A stretch of DNA of 64,000 bases from an uncultured Planctomycetota bacterium (lineage in GTDB: Bacteria > Planctomycetota > Planctomycetia > Isosphaerales > Isosphaeraceae). The translations under genes were made by a program, and so were the position numbers. The stretch covers positions 1 through 64,000 of the forward strand of contig CAWJTV010000033.1 of NCBI GenBank assembly GCA_963845755.1, given 5' to 3'. The stretch's first letter is position 1. Every line of letters starts with the position of its first letter. This document shows, piece by piece, positions 33,689 through 44,087 of the stretch. The notes under the pieces were generated by a model. The model searched no databases, was not told the DNA's origin, and saw only the letters and a list, made by a program, of their open reading frames with translations.

Positions 33689-33762
33689 CCGTTTTCCGTT
33701 TTCCGTTTCCCGTTTTCCGTTTTCCGCAAAAGAGTGTCCACGTACCGAACGCTGAAAACAGG
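33689..33762. repeat. 7-mer array CCGTTTT x5 with a degenerate inverted arm (rpsH-rplF spacer)
   Basis: CCGTTTT CCGTTTT CCGTTTC CCGTTTT CCGTTTT, then GAACGCTGAAAACAGG. Confidence 0.8.
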
Positions 33763-33773
33763 AGCGAGGCGAC

Positions 33774-34169
33774 CTAGTGAATCATGGCCAGCACTTCGCC
33801 GCCCACTTTTTCGACCCGTGCGCGCCGGTCGCTGATGACGCCCCGGGGCGTGCTCAGGATCTGGATGCCCATGCCCCCGAGGATCGGCTTGAGCTCGCGG
33901 TAGCCCTTGTAGATCCGCCGCCCGGGCTTGCTGATCCGGTCGATCCGGCTGATCAGCCGCTCGCCGTTGGGCCCGTACTTCATGTGCAGGCGAAGCGTCT
34001 TGGCCGGGAGCGTCTCGATTTCCTCGTAGTCCCAGATGTAGCCCTCGTCCTTCAAAACCTGCGCGATGCCACGGCGCATGTTCGAAGCGGGCATGTCCAG
34101 GATCGTGCGCTCGATCCGGACGGCATTGCGGATCCGGGTGAGCATATCGGCGATCGGGTCGGTCATCAT
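33774..34169 (-). CDS. rpsH: 30S ribosomal protein S8
   Basis: TDPIADMLTRIRNA, RISKPGRRIY and GGEVL. Confidence 0.97.
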   Translation of the reverse strand: MMTDPIADMLTRIRNAVRIERTILDMPASNMRRGIAQVLKDEGYIWDYEEIETLPAKTLRLHMKYGPNGERLISRIDRISKPGRRIYKGYRELKPILGGMGIQILSTPRGVISDRRARVEKVGGEVLAMIH

Positions 34170-34176
34170 GGCTTCG

Positions 34177-34296
34177 TGGTCACTAATCAGTGGTCCGTGG
34201 TCGGTGGCGTGATTCGTCGAGCCCCGGGCACAGGGCATCGGGAGAGACCGGTTTGGTCCGTATCCCGGATGCCCGGCGCCCGGAGCCCGGCGCCCG
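34177..34296. repeat. 7-mer arrays (TGGTCxG; GGGCA / GCCCGGx inverted) in the rpsN-rpsH spacer
   Basis: TGGTCCG TGGTCGG; CCGGGCA CAGGGCA TCGGG versus GCCCGGC GCCCGGA GCCCGGC. Confidence 0.65.
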
Positions 34297-34302
34297 ATGA
34301 AA

Positions 34303-34488
34303 CTACCAGCTTGCCTTCTTCACTCCCGGAATCAGTCCGCGGCTGGCCAGGTTCCGGAAGCAGATCCGGCAGATGCCGAATTTGCGATAGAAGCCACGAG
34401 GACGTCCGCAGAGACGGCACCGATTGCGATGCTGAACCGCAAACTTGCGCGGCGTCTCCGACTTGATCTTCTGGGCCTTGGTCAACAT
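34303..34488 (-). CDS. rpsN: 30S ribosomal protein S14, type Z (Zn-binding)
   Basis: [10 protein letters not shown]...GICRICFR...PGVKKASW, 61 aa. Confidence 0.95.
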   Translation of the reverse strand: MLTKAQKIKSETPRKFAVQHRNRCRLCGRPRGFYRKFGICRICFRNLASRGLIPGVKKASW

Positions 34489-34600
34489 GCTCGGCTCACC
34501 CACCACTGGAAAAGACGATTCGGATCTCCGGTTTCGACTCGGCTGGGACGGCTTCACTCGCTCACCGATGCCTCGACGAGGGATGCGGCGGCGTAAGGAT

Positions 34601-35158
34601 TCAATGCGTTGTCTTGGCCGGCTGGCGGAACGGCAGCCCGAATTGCCGCAGCAGTTCGCGAGCCTGGTCATCATTCGGGGCCGACGTCACGATGGTGATG
34701 TCCATCCCGTGCGTGTGCTGGATGCGGTCGGCGTCGATCTCGGGAAACACGACCTGCTCGGCCAGGCCCAGGCTATAGTTGCCGTGGCCGTCGAAGCTAT
34801 TGGGGTTAACGCCGCGGAAGTCGCGGATACGCGGCAGGGTGATCGAGATCAGGCGATCAAGGAACTCGTACATCCGCCGGCCGCGGAGCGTCACCTTGCA
34901 CCCGATGTCGTTCCCCTCGCGGAGCCGGAAGCCGGAGACCGAGGTCTTGGCCTTGGTCACGACCGGCCTCTGGCCGCTGATCTTACTCAGGCTGTTAACG
35001 GCCGATTCCAGGATCGCCTTGTCCTGAGTCGCCCGGCCGACCCCCATGTTGATGACGATCTTCGACAGCTTCGGGATCGCCATCGGGTTGTCGTGGCTGA
35101 ACTTGGCGGCCATCGCCTTGGCGATGTCTTTCTTGTAAAGTTCCAACAGGCGAGCCAT
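34601..35158 (-). CDS. rplE: 50S ribosomal protein L5
   Basis: [18 protein letters not shown] and FDGHGNY. Confidence 0.97.
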   Translation of the reverse strand: MARLLELYKKDIAKAMAAKFSHDNPMAIPKLSKIVINMGVGRATQDKAILESAVNSLSKISGQRPVVTKAKTSVSGFRLREGNDIGCKVTLRGRRMYEFLDRLISITLPRIRDFRGVNPNSFDGHGNYSLGLAEQVVFPEIDADRIQHTHGMDITIVTSAPNDDQARELLRQFGLPFRQPAKTTH

Positions 35159-35321
35159 TCGTCTTGTCCTTCAGCACGTCCCCGGCGACCACCGCGCCCT
35201 GTCCCTAACCCCCGCTTCCCGCGCTTGCCAACCGTCACGATCGGATCGGTCTTCGGTCTGACGTTTACTCAATCCTCCGGGAAGGCGAGGCTTTCCCGGC
35301 GGCTCCTCTCCCGGGCCCCGA

Positions 35322-35720
35322 TCACGAGGAGCGGGCCGTGGTCTTGGTCTTGGTACTGGTCTTTACGGCGTGGGCCGGCTTGCGTGGGCCGAGGTTGCCC
35401 AGGCCGCCGCCACACGACTTGCAATAGCGCTGCTTCTGTCCGTCGTCGGTGAATCGATGGCCGATGCGGACCCCACGAGTGCACTTGGAGCAGAACAGAA
35501 GGACGTTGGAGACGTCGATCGGCATCTCCTTGGAGAGACGGCCGCCCTGGGGGTTCTTCTGGCTGGGCCTCATGTGCTTGTAAACCCGATTGACCCCCTC
35601 GACGACGATCTTGTTTCGCTCGGGGAGGACGCGGAGCACCTTGGCGATCTTTCGATCCTTCGGGGTCCCCTTGTCATCGCCTGCAATCACTTCCACCTGG
35701 TCATCTTTGCGAATGTGCAT
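35322..35720 (-). CDS. rplX: 50S ribosomal protein L24
   Basis: DQVEVIAGDDKG, VVEGVN and KEMPIDVSNV. Confidence 0.95.
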   Translation of the reverse strand: MHIRKDDQVEVIAGDDKGTPKDRKIAKVLRVLPERNKIVVEGVNRVYKHMRPSQKNPQGGRLSKEMPIDVSNVLLFCSKCTRGVRIGHRFTDDGQKQRYCKSCGGGLGNLGPRKPAHAVKTSTKTKTTARSS

Positions 35721-35895
35721 GGTCCGTTGTCCTTGACTCCTGGGTCCCCAAGTCGCTGGATCCCTGGTGTTGTGAAGCCGAGTTGTTGCGGTTCGTCCTC
35801 GGTTTGGTCGGAGCCTCGTGCCTGCCCCCAGTCAAAACGCAAACTTCAGATAAGGCCACCCAGGACCCAGGGACTCAAGATCTCAAGAAGCGACG

Positions 35896-36276
35896 TCAGA
35901 CGACCTCGGCCGCCAAACTGATGATCTTCATGAACTGGCGGTCGCGCAATTCCCGGGCGATGGCGCCGAAGATGCGCGTACCACGCGGGTTCTTCTCAGC
36001 GTCGATCAGGACGACGGCGTTGCGATCGAATTTCACGTAGGACCCATCGCCGCGCCGCGTCTGGTTGCGCGTGCGGACGACGACGCATCGCACGACGTCG
36101 CCTGCCTTCACATCGCCGCCGGGCGTGGCCTTCTTGACGCTGGCAATAATCGTGTCGCCCAGGCCCGCGGTCCGCCGCTTGTAGCGCGAGGCGCTACCGC
36201 CGAGGACCTTGATGCACATAACTTCCTTGGCCCCCGTGTTGTCGGCCACGTCGAGCCGCGTCTGCATTTGGATCAT
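35896..36276 (-). CDS. rplN: 50S ribosomal protein L14
   Basis: VADNTGAK and [13 protein letters not shown]. Confidence 0.97.
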   Translation of the reverse strand: MIQMQTRLDVADNTGAKEVMCIKVLGGSASRYKRRTAGLGDTIIASVKKATPGGDVKAGDVVRCVVVRTRNQTRRGDGSYVKFDRNAVVLIDAEKNPRGTRIFGAIARELRDRQFMKIISLAAEVV

Positions 36277-36286
36277 GATTCTGCCG

Positions 36287-36431
36287 GTGGCTAGTGGCTA
36301 ATGGCTAGGAAAGACCGGGCGACAGCGAGAGGCTACTGTGATGGCGGCTGGCAGCGAGGGCGGAAATCGACCGGAGCGGACTGTCTGTCCCGCCCTGGAC
36401 CGGCGACTCGCCAGTCTCCTCGCTAGCCACT
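36287..36431. repeat. 7-mer array GTGGCTA x3 with an inverted TAGCCAC (rpsQ-rplN spacer)
   Basis: GTGGCTA GTGGCTA ATGGCTA at 36287-36307; TAGCCAC at 36424-36430. Confidence 0.6.
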
Positions 36432-36749
36432 GCCGCTGTCCTCACCGGCGAGGGCCTGCTGGGCGCCGGGCCGGACGATCCGGACGATCCGCCATCGCTT
36501 GAGCTTCGACAGCGGGCGGGTCTCCATGATCTCGACCAGGTCCCCGATATGCGATGCGTTGGTCTCGTCGTGCGCGTGGCAGACCGTTCGACGGCGGAGC
36601 AACTTGCCGTATTTCGGATGCGGCACGAGCCGCTCGACGACGACCCGCCGCGTCTTGTTCATCTTGTCGGAGGCCACGAATCCGATCTCCGTCTTGCGGC
36701 GGGAGCGGGGCGTGGCCGACGGGCTGCGAGCTGGGCTTGCTGGACTCAT
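36423..36749 (-). CDS. rpsQ: 30S ribosomal protein S17
   Basis: [15 protein letters not shown] and [11 protein letters not shown]. Confidence 0.95.
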   Translation of the reverse strand: MSPASPARSPSATPRSRRKTEIGFVASDKMNKTRRVVVERLVPHPKYGKLLRRRTVCHAHDETNASHIGDLVEIMETRPLSKLKRWRIVRIVRPGAQQALAGEDSGSG

Positions 36750-36780
36750 CGGGTTCTCTCAAGGGACGGTGCCGTCGTAT

Positions 36781-37014
36781 TCAACGCGCGGGTGCGCCGG
36801 CCGGGACGCTCCGTTCGCGCCCGATCTCACGCTCGCGGAGGATCGTCTTGATCCGGGCGACCTCGCGCTTCGCCTTGACGATCTCGCTGGGCGCCTCGAG
36901 CCGCTCCGTCTCGCTCTGCAAGCGGAGGCGGAACAGGTTGTGCTGAACTTCGCGGAGCAGCAAATCGAGCTGCTCGTCGGTCTGATCGCGGAGCTCGGCG
37001 GGTTTGCTCATCAC
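36781..37014 (-). CDS. rpmC: 50S ribosomal protein L29
   Basis: LFRLRLQ...REVARIKT; canonical position in the operon. Confidence 0.93.
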   Translation of the reverse strand: MMSKPAELRDQTDEQLDLLLREVQHNLFRLRLQSETERLEAPSEIVKAKREVARIKTILREREIGRERSVPAGAPAR

Positions 37015-37038
37015 ATGTTCCTCACGAGTGAACGGCCT

Positions 37039-37458
37039 TCAAACGGTTGGCCGGCGGGTGACGAATCGGCAGTGGACCGGCATCTTGTGGGCGACTCGGG
37101 CGAAGACCTCGCGGGCGGCTTCCTCGCTCAGGCCGGTGACCTCGTACAGGATCGTGCCGGGCTTGACCACGGCGGCCCAGAATTCGACCTCACCTTTCCC
37201 CTTGCCCATGCGGGTCTCGGCCGGGATGGCCGTCACGCTCTTGTGGGGGAAGATCCGGATAAACAACTTACCGCCTCCCTTGACGGCCTGGCTGGCCACA
37301 ACGCGGCCGGCCTCGATCGTCTGGGCGCTGATCTTTCCCGACTCCAGCGACTGGAGCCCGAACTCGCCGAAGGACACGTAGTTGCCGCGGGTGGCGTTAC
37401 CTCTTACGCGGCCTTTTTGGCTTTTTCGATACTTGACCCGCTTGGGCATCAGAGCCAT
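37039..37458 (-). CDS. rplP: 50S ribosomal protein L16
   Basis: MPKRVKYRK, IRIFPHK and RMGKGKG. Confidence 0.97.
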   Translation of the reverse strand: MALMPKRVKYRKSQKGRVRGNATRGNYVSFGEFGLQSLESGKISAQTIEAGRVVASQAVKGGGKLFIRIFPHKSVTAIPAETRMGKGKGEVEFWAAVVKPGTILYEVTGLSEEAAREVFARVAHKMPVHCRFVTRRPTV

Positions 37459-38098
37459 CGCCGGCCTCCGCTTTCAGATAGTCGCCTTGGTTGACCCATA
37501 CTTTGATTCCGATATGGCCCTGTGCCGTCTTGGCCTCGGCGAACCCGTAGTCGATCCGGGCTCGGAGCGTGCTCAGGGGGACGGACCCCGCAGCCGCCGA
37601 TTCGGTCCGAGACATCTCGGCGCCGCCGAGCCGGCCCGCGAGCTGAATCTTCACTCCCTTGGCGCCGCCGTCCATGGTCTGCTCGATCGATCGCTTCATG
37701 GTCCGGCGGAAGCTCGACCGTTTCTGGAGCTGTTCGGCGATGTCCTCGCTGATCAGTTGCGCGTCGATCTCGGGCCGGGCAACTTCCACGATCTTGATCT
37801 CGATCCGGCGGCCGGTCAGGCCTTGCAATTCCTCCTGGAGTTTTTCGACCTCCGCGCCCTTGCGGCCGATGATCACGCCGGGGCGGGCCGTCGAGAGCAG
37901 GACCGTCACCGCATCGCGAGTCCGCTCGATCTCAATCTTGGGAATCCCGGCAAAGCCGTACTTCTTCTTGATGTAGGCACGGATCTTGAAATCTTCGACC
38001 AGCAGATCGCTGAATTCGTGCTTGGAGGCGTACCAGCGGCTTCGCCAGTCCTCCATGACTCCGACGCGAAAACCGGTCGGACGAACTTTTTGACCCAT
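37397..38098 (-). CDS. rpsC: 30S ribosomal protein S3
   Basis: MGQKVRPTGFR, ARPGVIIGRKG and GRLGGAEMSR. Confidence 0.97.
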   Translation of the reverse strand: MGQKVRPTGFRVGVMEDWRSRWYASKHEFSDLLVEDFKIRAYIKKKYGFAGIPKIEIERTRDAVTVLLSTARPGVIIGRKGAEVEKLQEELQGLTGRRIEIKIVEVARPEIDAQLISEDIAEQLQKRSSFRRTMKRSIEQTMDGGAKGVKIQLAGRLGGAEMSRTESAAAGSVPLSTLRARIDYGFAEAKTAQGHIGIKVWVNQGDYLKAEAGDGSDAQAGQVSKKPKRPRKR

Positions 38099-38203
38099 GG
38101 ATCTTCGCTCCTCTTGCCTTCCGCCTGGGGGAATTCGCCCGAAACGGCCGGATCGGGGGAAGGGCCCCCACAGCCCTGCCGGAATCTCCCCAGCAGGGGA
38201 AGA

Positions 38204-38600
38204 CTAAACGCGGCCGGACGCTCCGGCAGCCTGTTCTTGTTCGGATTTCCAGTTCGCCGGATCGGAAAGCCCGATCGCGATGTGTCGCCGAGCGGCGGCG
38301 GATCAGGTACGCCATTCCGCGCGCCCGGGGCATCAACCGCTTGAACATGGGTCCGCCATCGCCGCGAGCATCGACGACGACCAGTTCGCCGACGTTCCGA
38401 ATCCCTTTGTCCTCGGCGTTGGCCATGGCGCTCTTGAGCACCTGCTCGATCAACCGGGCACCGCGATGGGGCATGTACTTCAACACGTCCAAGGCGTCAT
38501 CGGCAAAGTGACCCCGGATCAGGTCCAGCAATGGCCGGAGCTTCCGCACCGAGATCCGGGCGAAGCGGTGCGACGCATGATAGTCGATAGTGGGGGTCAT
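38204..38600 (-). CDS. rplV: 50S ribosomal protein L22 (1-nt insertion ~38285)
   Basis: RISVRKLR, LKSAMANAE and PRARGMA. The corrected C-terminus HIAIGL...GRV ends at 38204. Confidence 0.92.
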
Positions 38601-38617
38601 GACTCTTGTCTCTCTAA

Positions 38618-38716
38618 CAGTAGGCAGCAGGCAGTAGGCAGTAGGCAGTCAACAGGAAAACCAGCACAGGCGGTCAGGGAGTTCCTCGTTCCTACTGACC
38701 ACTGACCACGGGCTAC
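38618..38716. repeat. Inverted 7-mer arrays CAGTAGG x4 / CCTACTG-like (rpsS-rplV spacer)
   Basis: CAGTAGG CAGCAGG CAGTAGG CAGTAGG, then CCTACTG ACCACTG ACCACGG. Confidence 0.8.
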
Positions 38717-39000
38717 TTCTTGGGTCCGGACGACTTCGAGGCCTTGCCGCCATGGCCTTTGAACGTACGGGTCGGGGCGAACTCGCCGAGCTTGTGCCCG
38801 ACCATATCCTCCGTCACATACAGCTTGATGAAGGCCCGGCCGTTGTGGACCGCGAAGTGCTTGCCGACGAATTCCGGCACGATGGTGCAAGCCCGCGCCC
38901 AGGTCTTGATCGGCTCGCGGCTCCCGGAGGACTCGGTCCTCATGACCTTCTCGAGCAGCCGCTCGACGACGTACGGGCCTTTTTTCAGTGAACGTCCCAT
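38713..39000 (-). CDS. rpsS: 30S ribosomal protein S19
   Basis: MGRSLKKGP and [13 protein letters not shown]. Confidence 0.97.
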   Translation of the reverse strand: MGRSLKKGPYVVERLLEKVMRTESSGSREPIKTWARACTIVPEFVGKHFAVHNGRAFIKLYVTEDMVGHKLGEFAPTRTFKGHGGKASKSSGPKK

Positions 39001-39010
39001 GAATGGATCC

Positions 39011-39146
39011 CAGTAGTCAGTAGTCAGTTATCGGTAGTCAGTCGTCAGTTATCAGTAGTCAGTTGTCAGATTCCCTGAAGGCGTCACCGAGGCGGTCATG
39101 TCGGATTAATCTTCACTGACTACTGGCCACTGACGACCGACTACTA
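39011..39146. repeat. Inverted 7-mer arrays CAGTAGT x8 / ACTACTG-like x5 (rplB-rpsS spacer)
   Basis: Eight units at 39011-39066; ACTACTG GCCACTG ACGACCG ACTACTA at ~39119-39146. Confidence 0.88.
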
Positions 39147-40004
39147 CAACTTCAGTTGGCCGTAGCGGACGCTACGGCGACGGCGGATGATCGCCTTGTT
39201 CGAGGGCTTGCGGCGCCGACGGGTCCTGCCGCCCTTGGCCAACTTACCGGTTGGCGAACAAGGATGGCGTCCGCCGGAGGTCCGTCCTTCACCACCGCCC
39301 ATGGGGTGATCGACCGGGTTCATCGCGACGCCGCGGACATGGGGCCGCCGGCCCAGCCACCGGGATCTCCCGGCCTTGCCGAGCCGGACATTCATGTGAT
39401 CGGGGTTCCCGACCATCCCGATCGTGGCCCGGCACGCGGCCGGAATCCGGCGCACTTCTCCGGAAGGGAGGGTGATCTGCGCCCACGACCCCTCTCGGGC
39501 CGTCAGCACCGCGCCGACCCCTGCGGACCGGCACAGTTTGCCCCCTCCGCCGGGCTGCATCTCGAGATTGTGAATCGTCAGGCCCGTGGGGATCTTCGAG
39601 AGCGGCAGGCAGTTGCCGACCTTGGGCTCGGCGTCCGGACCGCTGGTGAGGATCATCCCCGCCTTCAGGCCATCCGGCGCCAGGAAATACCGCTTCTCGC
39701 CATCCTCGTACCGGACCAGGGCAATCCGGGCGGATCGATTCGGGTCGTACTCGATATGCGTCACGGTCGCGGGCTGGCCGTCGCGATCGTTGCGCCGCCA
39801 ATCGATGATCCGATACTTCCGCTTGTGTCCACCCCCGCGGTGTCGCGCGGTGATGAAGCCCTGGTTGTTCCGGCCCCCGGTCTTCTTGAGGGGCTCGGTC
39901 AGGCGCTTCTCGGGCTTCTTGTTCTTGTCAGTCAGCTCGGCGAAGTCGCTGACCGAGGAGTTGCGCCGTCCGGCGCTGGTCGGTTTGTAAGTGCGAATGC
40001 CCAT
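39144..40004 (-). CDS. rplB: 50S ribosomal protein L2
   Basis: [13 protein letters not shown] and [17 protein letters not shown]. Confidence 0.97.
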   Translation of the reverse strand: MGIRTYKPTSAGRRNSSVSDFAELTDKNKKPEKRLTEPLKKTGGRNNQGFITARHRGGGHKRKYRIIDWRRNDRDGQPATVTHIEYDPNRSARIALVRYEDGEKRYFLAPDGLKAGMILTSGPDAEPKVGNCLPLSKIPTGLTIHNLEMQPGGGGKLCRSAGVGAVLTAREGSWAQITLPSGEVRRIPAACRATIGMVGNPDHMNVRLGKAGRSRWLGRRPHVRGVAMNPVDHPMGGGEGRTSGGRHPCSPTGKLAKGGRTRRRRKPSNKAIIRRRRSVRYGQLKL

Positions 40005-40082
40005 CGCTGATTCCTTGAGTTTCCGGTTGTCGGTTGCCCGAGAAGGACTGTCTTTTCCGAGGGAGGACTGCCAACTGGCAAC

Positions 40083-40412
40083 TCAATAAAAGTCAATCCG
40101 GTATTCTTCATGGAGTGTGACAATGGCTTTTCGCCATCGCCGCATCCAGCCGATCTTCAGTCGATAGCGGCGGGGCTTGCCGCGGCGATTCTGGGTCCGG
40201 ACATCCTGGACCTTGACGTTGAAGAGGGTCTCGATCGCCTCTTTGATCTCGGTCTTCGTGGCCAGGAGGTTGACCTCGAAGGTGTAGGCGTTATGCCGCT
40301 CCGAGAGATGCGTGGCCTTCTCGGTGATCAGGGGCCGGAGGATGACCTGGTACGGCTCCAGCACCGGTCCTCGTCGACGTTGGACTTGAGGGGGGCGACG
40401 CAAGGTGACCAT
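40083..40412 (-). CDS. rplW: 50S ribosomal protein L23
   Basis: ILRPLITEKA, ATKTEIK and WRKAIVTL. Confidence 0.95.
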   Translation of the reverse strand: MVTLRRPPQVQRRRGPVLEPYQVILRPLITEKATHLSERHNAYTFEVNLLATKTEIKEAIETLFNVKVQDVRTQNRRGKPRRYRLKIGWMRRWRKAIVTLHEEYRIDFY

Positions 40413-40415
40413 GGA

Positions 40416-41168
40416 TCAGCTCTCCGTGGAGGCGGCCGCGCCGGCCGCATCGGTGCGCCGGGACGGCTTCTGCTTGACCTGTTCCTTGAGGGTCGCGAGG
40501 GCCTCGCGAGTCAGGACCAGGTAGCGTTGCCTGAGGATATCGTAGGTGTTGAACTCCGCCACCGGGGCGACCTTGACGCCGTCGAGATTGCGGGCGCTGC
40601 GGTGGACGACCGGGTTGTGGGTCGGCAGGCCCAGGAGGATCGAACGCCGCTCGAGGGTCCGCTTCCGGGCCTGGTTCTTGGTCTCGCCGACGGCCTCAGT
40701 GGCCTCGGCCTCGCTCATGTCGGGCCGGCGGATCGCGCGGAGCGCCAGGGCGACCGTCTTGGTCTTGGGCTGATTGAGCGCCAGGCCGTCGAGCACCAGG
40801 GCCTGATGATCCTGGAACTTGGAGAGCAGGGCCATGCGCACGGCCGTCCGGACGGCCTTCTTCGGCATCGAGTACCGATAGTCACGGTTGCGTCGGGCGA
40901 AGGCCGCGCCGCCGCCCTTCCGCTTGTGTGTCCGCTTCGAGCCGGCGCGGGCGTTACCCGTCCCTTTCTGGCGGAACAGCTTCTTCCCCGAGCCCGCGAC
41001 ATCGGCCCGACCGCGCGTGTTGACCGTCCCGACACGCCGCGCGGCCAGGTGCATCAGCACCACGTCGTGGAGCAGTTGCTTGTTGACCGTACCGCCGAAA
41101 TCGGCCGGATCGATCGACTCCTCGCCGATCTGCTCGCCAGCAGGGTTGTACACGGGTATCGTTAGCAT
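40416..41168 (-). CDS. rplD: 50S ribosomal protein L4
   Basis: KLFRQKGTGNARAGS and SARNL. Confidence 0.95.
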   Translation of the reverse strand: MLTIPVYNPAGEQIGEESIDPADFGGTVNKQLLHDVVLMHLAARRVGTVNTRGRADVAGSGKKLFRQKGTGNARAGSKRTHKRKGGGAAFARRNRDYRYSMPKKAVRTAVRMALLSKFQDHQALVLDGLALNQPKTKTVALALRAIRRPDMSEAEATEAVGETKNQARKRTLERRSILLGLPTHNPVVHRSARNLDGVKVAPVAEFNTYDILRQRYLVLTREALATLKEQVKQKPSRRTDAAGAAASTES

Positions 41169-41191
41169 GATTCTTACTCTTCGCTCGCGAC

Positions 41192-41823
41192 TCAAACCTT
41201 GTTGGTCTGCCGGATGGTGAGGTAGCCGCCATTCGGGCCGGGCACGGCACCCTTGATCAAGAGCAGGTTATTGGTGAGGTTGACCCGAACCACCTGGAGG
41301 TTGCGCACGGTGACCTGGTCGTGGCCGAAGTGCCCCGGTTTGCGGATCCCTTTCTGGGTCCGTGCCGGATCGGCGCTGGGACCGGAGGAGCCGGGGTGCC
41401 GGTGCATGCGCTTGACGCCGTGCGTCTGCGCAGGCCACTGAATCCGTGCCGCTTCATCACGCCCGCGTAGCCGCGCCCCTTACTCGTACCGGTGACGTTG
41501 ACCTTGGCACCCTCCTTGAACAGGTCAACCGTCAGCGTCTGCCCCTCCGCGACGTCGGTGGGTCCCTCCTGGCGAACCTCCCGGACGTACCGCTTGGGCT
41601 CGGCGTTAACCTTCTTGGCGTGGCCGCGCTCGGCCTGCGTGGCGCTTTTCCGCTTCTTGTCGTCGAAACCGAGCTGCCAGGCGAAGTAACCATCGCGTTC
41701 CTCGGTCCGGACCTGAAGCACGGTGCACGGACCGCATTCCAGGACCGTGACCGGCTGGACGATCCCATTCTCCTGGTAGATCTGGGTCATTCCGACCTTG
41801 CGGCCGAGTAGTCCCACTCGCAT
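41192..41823 (-). CDS. rplC: 50S ribosomal protein L3 (1-nt deletion ~41428)
   Basis: GLLGRKVGMTQ, GTSKGRGYAGVMKRHGF, HRHPGS and IKGAVPGPNG. Confidence 0.93.
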
Positions 41824-42256
41824 GATCGAACTCCGTCTGAGGCTATGAAAGAGTCGATTCAAAATGACAAATTCAAGAGAGCAAATGGATGTAAGCGCCG
41901 GCGGCATAGAACATTGCGTTTCATTGAGTCCCGATTCCGGCTCTTCGATCCGATCCCTTCACATCCATTCAAGCGACACACGAACCCGACGGCACGAGCC
42001 GGCACGGCGACCGCCGGCCTGGGAGTGCCGTCGGTGAACCTGGGTGACCAGGTGAAGTCTCAACTCGGCCTGCCGCCAGGTGTCACGGCAAGCCGGGCGC
42101 GGGAGCTATCGCACAGGGAGCCGGGATACGGCATCCCCGATTGAGGCATCCGGCGCGACCGGACAAACGCGCACAGACCGGCGGTACCGGCCCGGACGCG
42201 GTCCAGGAGACTGTCAAACCCGCCTTACCTTGCGGAAACGGAGGGATACCAGTCGA

Positions 42257-42589
<333 letters not shown>

Positions 42590-42681
42590 CGCGTTACGTT
42601 CCTTCCCAATCCGAGTCGAAACTCACAGCGTCCCAGCGAGACCGTCTCGATCGGCCCTCGCTCCTCATGTAGGAAAGTAAG

Positions 42682-42710
42682 AGGGTACCAACCTCGACCT
42701 CCCGCGTCAA
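42682..42710 (-). promoter_or_regulatory. Putative sigma70 promoter of the S10 operon
   Basis: TTGACG-17 nt-TACCCT, with a TGn extension, about 90 nt upstream of rpsJ. Confidence 0.45.
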
Positions 42711-42935
42711 CGCCCCCAGTCGGAACTTTTTTCCGAAGGAGAAGAATCGTCCGATTTGTGACGGCGTACACATCGGGCTTTTGCTCCTTCGTCCTGCCTT
42801 ACAGATTGCAAGCTCCTGGCGCTCCGATCTGCCCCCAGTGACGCGAGTGTCGGCTTTGAGCCGACTCCCTCTATATCACGTCGAACAGCACGTGTCGCGA
42901 GCATTGATTGCAACCATTCGAGTGGAGTCGCAACG

Positions 42936-44087
42936 ATGATGTCGCAGAGAATTCGCGCGCGTCGGAGGGCGTCGATAGGTCTCGGTCTCGTCTCGATCCT
43001 GGCAGTCGTGGCGACAGCGGCCCCGGCCGAAGCCAGTGACGTCTTCCTCGCTACACCCCTGGCGACCGACGCCAGCGATTCCCAGTTGATCAATCCCTGG
43101 GGTATCTCCGCCTCGGGAACCAGCCCATTTTGGATCTCCAATAATGGGGCCGGTGTCTCGACGCTGTATTCGGTCGATCCGACCAGCAACGTGGCCACCA
43201 AGCTGTCAATCCCGTCGCCCTCCGGTGTAAGAATCCCCGGAGATGGGAGCGTGACCGGGCAGGTCTTCAACGGCGGCACAGGGTTCAACAACGATCGATT
43301 CCTGTTCGTCAGCGAGGACGGGACCATTTCGGGCTGGCAGAACGCGCTGGGCGCCAACGCCGCGGTGCTCCAGCTCCCCCTCCCGGAGAATATCTACAAG
43401 GGTGCCACCTTGAATATCACGGGTGGGCACAGTTACCTCCTTTCGGCGAACTTCGGCACCGGGCGTATTGACGTGCTCAAGGGAGATACGGCCACGCCCG
43501 ATCTGGCCGGGAAATTCGTGGACCCTGGCCTTCCGGCCGGCTACGCGCCCTTCAACATCGCAAAGCTGGGAAATACGATCTACGTCACCTACGCCCTGAC
43601 GAACGGAAAGGACGACTTGCCGGGATCGGGACACGGAATCGTCACGGCGTTCGATGAGAACGGAAACTTCCTCGGACGGATCGGCGCCATGGGGACGCTC
43701 AACTCGCCGTGGGGGTTGGCGATCGCGCCGAGCGGGTTCGGTTCCCTCGCCGGGGACTTGCTGGTGGGAAACTTCGGCGACGGGCACATCAACGTCTTCA
43801 GCCCCGATCCCAATTCGACCGCATTCCTGGGCCAATTGACCGATGTGAAGACCGGGCAGGCACTCTCGATCGAGGGCCTTTGGGGATTGATCCCCGGCAA
43901 TGGAGCGGGCGCCGGTAACATCCACGACATCTACTTCACAGCGGGACCCGATGACGAGTCGGGAGGAGTGCTGGGTGTCCTTCAATCCGTCCCGGAGCCG
44001 GCTTCCGCGATCCTGGCGATGATCTCGCTCGGGACGCTATCCGTGGGCTGGACGTGGAAGAACCGCCGGGGTAAAGCGACATCCTGA
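42936..44087 (+). CDS. TIGR03118-family PEP-CTERM protein
   Basis: Signal peptide; LINPWG, PFWISNN, YKG, GYAPFNI, LNSPWG, LLVGNFGDG, GLWGL and YFTAGP; C-terminal VPEP, TM helix and basic tail. Confidence 0.9.
   Translation: MMSQRIRARRRASIGLGLVSILAVVATAAPAEASDVFLATPLATDASDSQLINPWGISASGTSPFWISNNGAGVSTLYSVDPTSNVATKLSIPSPSGVRIPGDGSVTGQVFNGGTGFNNDRFLFVSEDGTISGWQNALGANAAVLQLPLPENIYKGATLNITGGHSYLLSANFGTGRIDVLKGDTATPDLAGKFVDPGLPAGYAPFNIAKLGNTIYVTYALTNGKDDLPGSGHGIVTAFDENGNFLGRIGAMGTLNSPWGLAIAPSGFGSLAGDLLVGNFGDGHINVFSPDPNSTAFLGQLTDVKTGQALSIEGLWGLIPGNGAGAGNIHDIYFTAGPDDESGGVLGVLQSVPEPASAILAMISLGTLSVGWTWKNRRGKATS

Noticed and set aside
39011..39146. Short-repeat arrays as CRISPR
   Set aside because: The units are 7 bp in direct tandem with no unique spacers, and no cas genes are present.
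24824..41165. Long plus-strand ORFs antisense to ribosomal genes (e.g. 24824-26269, 32098-33162, 40110-41165)
   Set aside because: These are shadow ORFs expected from high-GC codon bias and contain no recognisable motifs.
25826..41823. Programmed frameshifting in rpsD, rpsM, rplV and rplC
   Set aside because: No shared slippery motif is present, and similar indels occur across unrelated genes, which fits sequencing error.
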